In this document: in pieces, positions 54,148-64,000 of the stretch
How positions within the stretch are numbered: position 1 is the first letter of the stretch
Layout: each line of letters begins with the position of its first letter
Source of the DNA: Octopus vulgaris
Taxonomy: Eukaryota
Assembly: GCA_951406725.2 (NCBI GenBank)
Contig: OX597819.1
Span: forward strand, 126,480,001-126,544,000
Reading direction: 5' to 3'
DNA length: 64,000 bases
Position numbers and translations under genes: made by a program
The notes under the pieces: generated by a model
Database searches by the model: none
What the model was told of the DNA's origin: nothing
What the model saw: only the letters and a program-made list of their open reading frames with translations

Positions 54148-54315
54148 TTTATTTAAAAGCAGCAGAAATTCAACAAAACCTGTTACTCGGAGTGAAACTC
54201 CGAGTAACAGGTTTTGTTGAATTTCTGCTGCTTTTAAATAAAGCATATTACTCTACCCCTGGTATTTGAGTGCTCTTTTTTTCCACCTTGTTTCACATTT
54301 ATGTGTTTACTCCGG
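54147..54315 (+). mobile_element. PLE-like mini-element with a perfect 47-bp hairpin
   Basis: 54147-54193 is the exact reverse complement of 54197-54243, loop GAA; same family as 21408-21658; flanked by (TA)n. Confidence 0.8.
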
Positions 54316-54349
54316 TATATATATATACGTGCTTTGTCCAGTCAGCTGC

Positions 54350-54524
54350 CATGATCGACCGCTAGCTCCAAAAGTTTTTTATTCTCTCTCTGCTTATTTC
54401 CTCGTGTTCCTTTCTGTTGGAAGTGCGTAGGCTAGAAACGTAAAAGACTTTCTCACCTTCCCAAGCGTTAAACTTGTTTCTTGTTTACGCACCTGTCTTC
54501 ATCTTTTGTTTTTCTGTAAATTTC

Positions 54525-54527
<3 letters not shown>
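54350..54527 (+). mobile_element. HHR-like mini-element (homolog of 50805-50997), degenerate
   Basis: 54410-54446 CTTT-CTGTTGGA-AGTGCGTAGGCTA-GAAAC-GTA-AAAG; shared 3' end CACCTGTCTTC..AATT..CTATA(TA)n. Confidence 0.6.
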
Positions 54528-54604
<77 letters not shown>

Positions 54605-54939
54605 GTATATGTATAAATGTATGTATAAATGTATGTATGTATGTACGCGCACGCTCGTGTGTATGTCTGTGTGCGCACACACTTGGGTGGGCTCATCTCT
54701 CCGTTTGTCAATAGGTATTGATTTCTTCACGTCGCCGTGACTTAGCAGCTGAGAAGTTTGTTCAACTAAACCCTACAAGTCGGTGCTCCAGCATGGGGTA
54801 CAGTCCAATAACTGGAACGAATAAAAGGGTAAAAGAGAATAAATGTGGTCGAAGGTAAAAACTGCAATGTGATGGTTCGACCAGCTAGATATAGGAGTGA
54901 ATTGGCTGGGATATTTGTTCAGAATTGAAAATATCTGTT

Positions 54940-55112
54940 ACTTTATTACTCACAAGGGGCTAAACACAGAGGGGACAAACAAGGACAGACAAACGGATTA
55001 AGTCGATTATATCGACCCCAGTGCGTAACTGGTACTTAATTTATCGACCCCGAAAGGATGAAAGGCAAAGTAGACCTCGGCGGAATTTGAACTCAGAAAG
55101 TAGCGGCAGACG
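54940..55112 (-). mobile_element. SINE family A, 5'-truncated
   Basis: Tail to B box match. Confidence 0.88.
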
Positions 55113-55259
55113 ACGGTCGGAATTAAAACACTCTGAACTAGATGTGGCGAAGTGGGTGGGTAGGGCAAGAAGCAGTTAAGTTAATGAAAACAAATAAATA
55201 AATGTAATGGGTTTTTTATTGTTATTTCGCAAAATAACCCTCATGGACAGAAAGTGGGA

Positions 55260-55860
55260 TGATAGAAATGAAGGTAGTGGACGTTAGTAGAAATGGTGAT
55301 TATGTGGCGGTAGGAGTCGTTGGAAGGTGGGTAGTGATGTTGGTGGTAATGATGGAAGCGGTGGTGAAGATGATGGTGGTGGTGGTGAACATGGTTATTG
55401 GTGGTGATCATGGTAGTGGTGGTGATGATGGTAGTAGTGGCAATGGTGGTGGCTGTAGTGATGATGATGGTGGTGGTGGGGTTGTGGAAATGGTGGTGGT
55501 GGCGATGATGGACGTGGTGGTGATGACGGTGGTGGTGGTTTGTGGAGGCGATGAGGCTGATGTGGTGAGGTGGAAATCGAGCTGAAGGTGACAGTAATAA
55601 TGATAAGGGTAGAAATGGTTGTAGTGGTGGTGGTGGTGGTGGTGGTGGTGGTACAAGAAGTAATGGTGGTGCGGAGGTGAAGGTGGCGGGGGATGAAGGG
55701 TGGTTAGTAGATATGGCGATCGTTCTACTGTTATTTTTGGCGGTGGTGTAAGTGTGCGGTTGAGGTGGTGGTGTTGGTGGATGGGGTGCGTGGTAATAGT
55801 GGTTAAAATGGTGGTGGTGGCAGCGGTATGAGAGGTAATGGAACTTTCAAGTGGAAGTAG
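55260..55860. repeat. (GGT/GAT)n low-complexity tract
   Basis: Degenerate trinucleotide repeats. Confidence 0.85.
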
Positions 55861-55904
55861 TCGTTGCTACTGTTGTTTGGCCCAGGGTCAGTCCTGATCC
55901 TGCC

Positions 55905-56283
55905 GTGGCACTCCGTCGGTTACGACGACGAGGATTCTAGTCGATCCGATCAACGGAACAGCCTGCTCATGAAATTAACATGCAAGTGGCTGAGCATTCC
56001 ACAGATACATGTACCCTTAACATAGTTCTTGGGGAGATTCAGCATGACACAATGTGTGACAAGGCCGGCCCTTTGAAGTACAGGTACAACAGAAACAGGA
56101 AGAAAGAGTGAGAGAAAGTTGTGGTGAGGGAGTACAGCAGGGTTCGCCACTACCCCCTGCCGGAGACCCGTGGAGTTCTAGGTGTTTTCCTTCAATAAAG
56201 ACACAACGCCCGGTCTGGGAATCGAAACCGCGATCCTATGACCGCGAATCCGCTTCCTTAATCACTGGGCCATTGCGCCTCCA
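55905..56283 (-). mobile_element. SINE family C, with TSD, inserted in the old repeat family
   Basis: Homolog of 524-903; TSD CCTGA(T/C)CCTG at 55893-55902 and about 56285-56294. Confidence 0.88.
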
Positions 56284-56962
56284 CCCTGACCCTGTAACCC
56301 CATGATGAATGGGTATCTTATTCTCTTTATTTCAAGCAGTGGACAACATTACCTTGCGTGTCCGTTTTTAAGGTGGTGGTCTATATTTTGAAGGAGATTA
56401 GGTTACTATTTATAGCAGATCGAATAACGACGGAGTGGCTACCTTATTGATGTTATCATTCAATGCCTCGACAATCATTTCTCATAGATTTATGAACAAG
56501 ACCATTCCAGTTGAGACAATCTCTTCTTTTTTCAAGACGTAAGCAATCCAACTTGTTTGTCTTTGAGGGATATTTGACTGCTATATCTAGCAGAATGAAC
56601 GACCACGTAGACGTTCTTAGAGTATTCTCATTGATGTGGCAGTCGTGGGTGACGTTTTATACTTTTCTGAAAGAATTAATAATAACTAACCAATTAATTA
56701 ATGTTATTTAATGCGAATTGAAGACGGGGGAGATAAGGAATAATTTATATCCTCGCACCCCTCTTCATACATTTTTCTTTATTCCCGAATTTCTTTTCAT
56801 TATTTATTCTTTCACTTATTTAATTCATTGTTTTTCTGATTTTTTGTTTAAGTTATCTTTCCCCAGTTTCGTCGGTGATTTTCCGTGTAACCCCTCGTCC
56901 ACTCCAACCCCCATCAATGAGGTGATTAAATGAGCAGAAAGGTTAACACGGCCAGCAAATGT

Positions 56963-57120
56963 GGGCTGTTTTAACTCTTGGAAATTCTTCGCCATTCTTC
57001 ATCTTTCTCCCTACCCTCTCCTCTTACCCCACTATCATACACACTATATCATTACCTCTCTCTTTCTCCTAATACATACATACATACATACATACATACA
57101 TACATACATACATACATACA

Positions 57121-57151
<31 letters not shown>

Positions 57152-57380
57152 GCATGTATATATGCGCGTACGTAGATGTATATATATGTTTATATGTATG
57201 TATATATATGCGTATTAGTATATCTATACATTTATATACATGTCAGTGTGTGTGTCTGTGTATATATATGTATATTTGTGTGTGATTGCTTTTTTGTTTA
57301 TGTGTGTATCTCCAAGGGCGTATATATATATACGGATGTATGAATGTATTTATATACGTATATGTATATGTATATGTCAA

Positions 57381-57448
<68 letters not shown>

Positions 57449-57748
57449 CGCACACACACACACATATATATACATATATATATATATATACATATATACA
57501 TACACACACGCATACATACACACATATACATACATATACATATATATGTGTATATATATATATACATGTATATATATGTATGTATATGTACGTATGTGTG
57601 TATGTACATATGTATGTATGTGTGTATGTATGAATGTATTGGGAGAAAGAGACAGGAAAGATACAGAGTGTATGATAGTGGGGTAAGAGGAACGGGGTAA
57701 GGAGAAAGATGAAGAATGGCGAAGAATTTCCAAGAGTTAAAACAGCCC
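56963..57748. repeat. ~115-bp inverted repeat bracketing a microsatellite block
   Basis: GGGCTGTTTTAACTCTTGGAAATTCTTCGCCATTCTTCATCTTTCTCC (from 56963) and its reverse complement ending at 57748. Confidence 0.92.
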
Positions 57749-58275
57749 CACCCCCCCACATATATATATATATATATATATACATACATACACACATACA
57801 TACATACATACATACATACATACATACATACATACATACATACATACATACATACATACATGCAAACATATATGGGTCTGTATGAATGTATATATATATA
57901 TATACATATATCCTTATATTAATGTCTCTTTCTGCAATGGTAACAAAATGAAGAAAAGAAAGGACGAGTGAATTTCCTTCCTTTTAATTGTCATACACGT
58001 GCACACACACACACATGCATGCATACATAAATGCACACGTACCACCATGTATACACATGTACATACAGGCATGCATACATGTATACGTATATTCAGGCAT
58101 ACATACATACATACATACATACATACATACATACATACATACATACATACATACATACATAAATACATACATACATATATATATACATACATACATACAT
58201 ACATACATACATACATACATACATACATACATACATACATACATACATACATACATACATACATACATACATACA

Positions 58276-58311
<36 letters not shown>

Positions 58312-58857
58312 TACGCACACACACATCTATATGCAGATGCATGCTTACATACATACGTACATAGGACATAAATGCATTCATACTTCCGTGTATATATACG
58401 TGCATATAGCTAGACGCATAAACAGAAATGCAAGCACACACACACACACACAGATACATACACACACATACTAACATGTATATATAAATGTATAGATATA
58501 CAAATACGCATATGGATACACAAACATATATGTGTATGTTTTTATGAATTAGTATAAGAGTATATATGCATATATATATATGCATATATATATGTATATA
58601 TAGACTTATACTCACGTGTGTGTGTATGTATGTGTGTATGTAGGCGTGCGTGTGTGTGAGTGTGTGTTTGTATGTGCATGTGTGTCTTTGTATGCCTATG
58701 TATGTACGTACGTATGTATGCATGCATGCATGAATATATATATGTGTGTGTGTGTGTGTGCGCGCACACACATACACATAGAGACACAGACACAGATACA
58801 CGCTCACATATTTATCTGTCTATCTCTCTCTCTATGTATATATGGCTACACACACAC

Positions 58858-58938
<81 letters not shown>

Positions 58939-60172
58939 TATTCACATTTCTTTCATATGAATAGGCTGATGCAACTACATAAACATTTTATTTTCAAGGA
59001 TTAATAGTCGTATGTGTGTGTATTTTTATCTCTCTGCCTCTATGCGTCTATATATTTGTATGTATGTGCATGTGTGAGTGTATGTGTGTGTGTTAACACA
59101 GCTTTAAGCGTACTCCCGCCTATTAACAATTCATTCGAACACATTACGTCGAGGTACACACAGAGGCACATAAACACACACGCATACACAACAATAAAGA
59201 CACGTAACTCATAAACACTTTGAATCGAAATGGCGTGTTTTAGTGCAGAAGAAAGTAGAAACAGAACCCGCAGTAAAAGAACCACGAAAATTCTGTCCCC
59301 TCACCCCCAAACGATCTAAATCTGGAGATAGGGGTTAGATAGTTAGGAGTTAAGAGAAAGTAAAACCGCACCCGGATACTTTTTTCGGACTGTCATCAGC
59401 GCCACATGGCGTCTATTCTTGTCCGTCAAAGGGCAACATCTATTTTGTTCGGACTGTTATAGGCATTCCTTGACGTTGTCACCCAACCCTCCTTCAAAAC
59501 CACTCTTCAACAATATCGTTTTTGGCTCTTTTGTGTGTTTGGGTGTTGTAAGGCTGCACCTATGTATGTATGTATGTATGTATGTATGTATGTATGTATG
59601 TATGTATGTATGTATGTATGTATGTATGTATGTATGTATGTATGTGTGTATGTATGTATGTATGTATGTGTGCATGTATGTATGTATGTATGTATGTATG
59701 TATGTATGTATGTATGTATGTATGTGTGTATGTATGTATGTATGTATGTATGTGTGCATGTGTGTATGTGTGTATGTATGTATGTATGTATGTATGTGTG
59801 TGTGTGTATGTATGTATGTATGTATGTATATATGTATGTATGTATGTATATATGTATGTTTGTATGTATGTATGTATGTATGTATGTATGTATGTATGTA
59901 TGTATGTATGTATGTATGTATGTATGTATGCATGCATGTATGTATGTGTGTATGTATGTGTGTATGTATGTGTGCGTGCGTGTGTGTGTATGTTTGTGCA
60001 TGTGTGTCTGTGTGTCTATGTATGTACGTATGTATGTATGCATGCATGCATGAATATATATCATACCATTTTTCCTAATTCTTTCTATAATTAAATAAAT
60101 ATGGATATATGTGTATACATACATCTCTCTCCCTCTCTCTCTCTCTCTACATATATATAAATATTTATGTAT

Positions 60173-60238
<66 letters not shown>

Positions 60239-60239
60239 G

Positions 60240-60450
60240 TGTTTGCGTGTCTGTGTTTGTCCCCCTATCTTCGCTTGACACCGATGTCGGTGAGTTTACG
60301 TCACCGTAACTTGGCGGTTCGGCAAAAGAGAGCGATAGTATAAGTACTAGGCTTAGAAATAATATATCCTAGGGTCGATTTGTTCGATAAAAAGCGGAGC
60401 TTTAGCATGGCCGCAGTCAAAGGACGGAAACAAAGTAAAAGAATAAAAGG
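60240..60450 (+). mobile_element. SINE family B 3' half
   Basis: TGTTTGTCCCCC..GCGGTTCGGCAAAAGAG..AGCATGGCCGCAGTC..GTAAAAGAATAAAAG. Confidence 0.85.
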
Positions 60451-60515
60451 ATACATACATACAAACATACATACATACATACATACATACATACATACAT
60501 ACATACATACATACA

Positions 60516-60590
<75 letters not shown>

Positions 60591-60593
<3 letters not shown>

Positions 60594-60735
60594 CGGAGAT
60601 GTACTTGCATAGCGAGTTACTTGATCTGAGATCGTGTACTGGAACGAAAACAATTGCAGCGTGGAAGGTGTTTATAAGCCATTTAAGAAACACACAAAAA
60701 CCGTTAGATTCACTTCAACATTTAAATTTAATTTT
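60591..60735 (-). mobile_element. (TA)n-embedded mini-element, homolog of 39838-39964
   Basis: TTACGGAG.TGTACTTGCATAGCGAG..TTAGATTCACTTCAACATTTAAATTTAATTT; (TA)n on both sides. Confidence 0.8.
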
Positions 60736-60746
60736 GTGTGCAATTG

Positions 60747-60824
<78 letters not shown>

Positions 60825-62328
60825 CAGAGTGTGTGAGAGAAAGTGTGTGAGAAAGAATGAGAGAGAGAGAATGAGAGAGAGAGAATGAGAGAGAGAGGAG
60901 AGAGGGCGATAGATAGATCGGAGAACAGATAGATAAATTAATGTTAACATTCAGATGGCCAAAATATCCGTGCAGTGATAGAATGAGGGGGAGAGAGGGG
61001 AGAGGGGAAGAGAGAGGCAGAGAGACAGACAAAGTGACTAATTGCTAACATTTTATGCATATATTTTGATGTATATTGTGTATGTGTAGTGTGCAATATG
61101 TGAGAATTATATCGGGAAATAGCATATAAACCATATAAATATATGCGCCATATTTGGTGTATTCAATTACTTCTTTGTATGAAAGTGAAGAATGTTTTAC
61201 GCTTATGTTTTTATATAAGTGAACATACAAACATAGTTTGTATGTCTTGTGTAAGTCTTGTGCGTAGGTGTACGCTTGTGTGCGCATATATACGCATAGG
61301 GGCGCATGTGTGCGTGTGTATATCCAAGTTTATTTGAACAAGGGAGTGAAGAAATTTGTTAATCAATCTAATGTTGAGTCGCTTTCGTATCATCAAATGA
61401 CGCATCAGTTTATTAAAGGATGGGATTATCCGCGCGCGCGCGTGTGTGTGTCCATATATGTCAGTGCATATATATTTATAAATACATGCATATAAACGTA
61501 TATCTACATGGATTCGGTGATATATCATACTTGCAAAAGCACATACACACAATATATATACTTGTATATACAGCATTCAATTTGTTCAGTAAACTCTTTA
61601 ACGCCCAGTCACCCGTATTATAAGCAACACCGTAGCCTAAAATTCAGCAGGGTTAAAAAAAAAGATAGAAAATTGTATCAAATAAATGATGCATCAGTTT
61701 AAATATTTGTTCTATTCAGTAAATGCAATCATTTGCAGCGACAGCACGTGCACTGTGCTTGCAAACATGCACAAAATTCTATCGTATTTCTGTAATTTGT
61801 ATAAAATTTTTTCTCGAACTCACCCACTCACTCGCTCACTATCTATTTATTTATACGGCTGCCTCTCCATAACCAAGAAGCCACGCGTACACTCACGTAT
61901 ACATACGTGTATGTAGTATACGTATGTATACGCAATACACACACACACTTACACACACGCACACACAGAATCCACTCGCGTGTGTATGTGGATTTATCTA
62001 TAACTTTAGATAGCGCGTCACTTTAATACCGGGTGTTATCTGGTGCTCGTTCTATTGTTCCCCGCACTGAAGTAGCCATATTGTGTATTTATAAACCTAC
62101 ACAAAACAGATCACACGTACATTACGCAGTGACTCGCTGTGCCAAAAGAGAAGAAATCAAAGGAACTGAAAAATATCCAAAGACACACTCTGTAAGAAAA
62201 CTATTGCTAACACAACATATTGTAGTGAGCCAAGGAATTTAGCAATTAATATTACACTCATGGTGAGGATAAATAATCATCTACTTAACAATTCATACAT
62301 TCATACATGTATGCATATATATATCATT

Positions 62329-62385
<57 letters not shown>

Positions 62386-62416
62386 GTATATATATATATG
62401 TTTGTATATATGTATG

Positions 62417-62453
<37 letters not shown>

Positions 62454-62623
62454 GATATATATATGCATACATATATGCATACATACATATATACATACAT
62501 ATATATATATATGTATATATATAAGCATATTAATACATATACATACACGCATGGATACACTCAGACATACCATATATACATATATGTGGTGTGTGTGTGT
62601 GTGAGTGTGTATGTGTGTGTGTG

Positions 62624-62665
<42 letters not shown>

Positions 62666-63129
62666 CGTGATCAGTGTGTGCAAAAGAGAGCTCAGTATTA
62701 GATGGCAGAGTGCATTATATATTCATTTATGAGCTAGAATATTCTTTCAATACGTGTTGATTTCAATACGAGTTTCGCCATAACGTGGTTCTTCGTTTAA
62801 TGTTTATTAAATCTACATTTTTATTTTGAGATGCAATACGTATAAACGCACATGTGTATACAGTTCGTTCTAATGTGTTTTGCACATACAAATTAATAAT
62901 ACTCAATAATAAAGCTCAACACTTAAACATGCACACACATACATACCCATACATACACATTCATACATACACCAACGCAGGTATACACACATTCATCCAT
63001 AGATTCATACTTTTATCTGCAATGTGTATGTTGTCTCTCTCTATATATGTTTGCAATCTGCACCACATACACACTCATGCATATAATAAACTTACCAATA
63101 AACTCTCAAGTACACACACACACATATAC

Positions 63130-63610
63130 ACACACATACAGACACACAGCATACACACACACTACACACAGATACATAGACACATAGAGATACATAGACA
63201 CATAGAGATACATAGACACATAGAGATACACACACACACACGGCATACACACGACACACACATACACACTACACACACAGATACATGGACATTCAGTGAT
63301 TCATTCCCCACACACACATACACACACACAGTATACACACACACTACACACACACACACACAAATACATAGACACATAGAGATACACACACACACTCACA
63401 CACGGTACACGCATACACACTACACACACAGATACATGGACATACAGTGATTCACTCCCCATACACACACACACACACAGATACATAGACACATAGAGAT
63501 ACACACACACCCACACACGGCATACACACGGCACACACATACACACTACACACACACAGATACATGGACATACAGTGATTCACTCCTCACACACACATAC
63601 TCACACACAC
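63130..63610. repeat. Compound CA-rich minisatellite (~130-150 bp units, 18-bp subrepeats)
   Basis: CAGATACATGGACAT.CAGTGATTCA three times; GACACATAGAGATACA subrepeats. Confidence 0.85.
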
Positions 63611-63926
63611 TCCAGCAGAAAACCATTTCACCATCCTGCTGGAAACAGGAACCAAGTTTCACCTTGGAGCCATTAGATAGGGTAATCACAGATAACCTTA
63701 CAAAGACATGGTGGTCATGATTGGAATGCTTTTAGACCCTAGATCTGCTTCGTCACAGTTTGCCCGGGTCCGAACAACGACATAATATATAAACCCAGAC
63801 AATATGTATACATATATATATACATATGTTTATATATATAAAGCCAATCTTACATAAAGGAAACAAACAAGCTCACGTACATAAACAATCGCACATATAC
63901 ACATGCACACACACACACATACACAC

Positions 63927-63974
<48 letters not shown>

Positions 63975-64000
63975 ATACATATATTGGCACAATTACCACA

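Larger units (their letters stand above)
54035..54840 (+). mobile_element. Old SINE family B split by two nested HHR mini-elements
   Basis: Core end GGTAGATAGAAGCTGTGTAGAAACCCGTCG (54054-54082); tail CGGTGCTCCAGCATGG..AATAAAAG (54700-54840). Confidence 0.65.

Noticed and set aside
55259-55656. Val/Gly-rich and His/Thr/Pro-rich ORFs
   Set aside because: Products of a (GGT)n low-complexity tract.
59375-59403. Minus-strand CTGATGA-CAGTCC-GAAA resembling a hammerhead core
   Set aside because: No pairing for stem II, stem III or stem I; chance match.

Overview
This is AT-rich eukaryotic non-coding DNA saturated with microsatellites ((TA)n, (CA)n, (TATG)n, (TCTA)n, (GA)n). The SINE complement looks like a coleoid cephalopod, most likely Octopus (inferred from recognising the repeat families, not verified by search). 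No intact host protein-coding gene is supported; nearly all ORF-track entries are translated microsatellites or SINE read-throughs. The window holds dozens of tRNA-headed SINEs in at least 3 families, decayed CR1, RTE and L1/Tx1 LINE fragments, a decayed mariner, hAT- and piggyBac-like MITEs, and a 2.7 kb duplication around a 100-N gap (probably allelic assembly redundancy). The most interesting signal is a set of short elements embedded in (TA)n-type tracts. They carry minimal type-I hammerhead ribozyme folds (canonical CUGAUGA and variant CCGANGA/CUGUNGA cores, palindromic stem III), often with an inverted partial copy at the 5' end. Decayed Penelope-like RT and GIY-YIG remnants are also present. 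Together this suggests microsatellite-targeting, ribozyme-bearing Penelope-like (PLE) mini-elements, several nested inside the internal microsatellite of one SINE family. All folds and alignments were done by eye.
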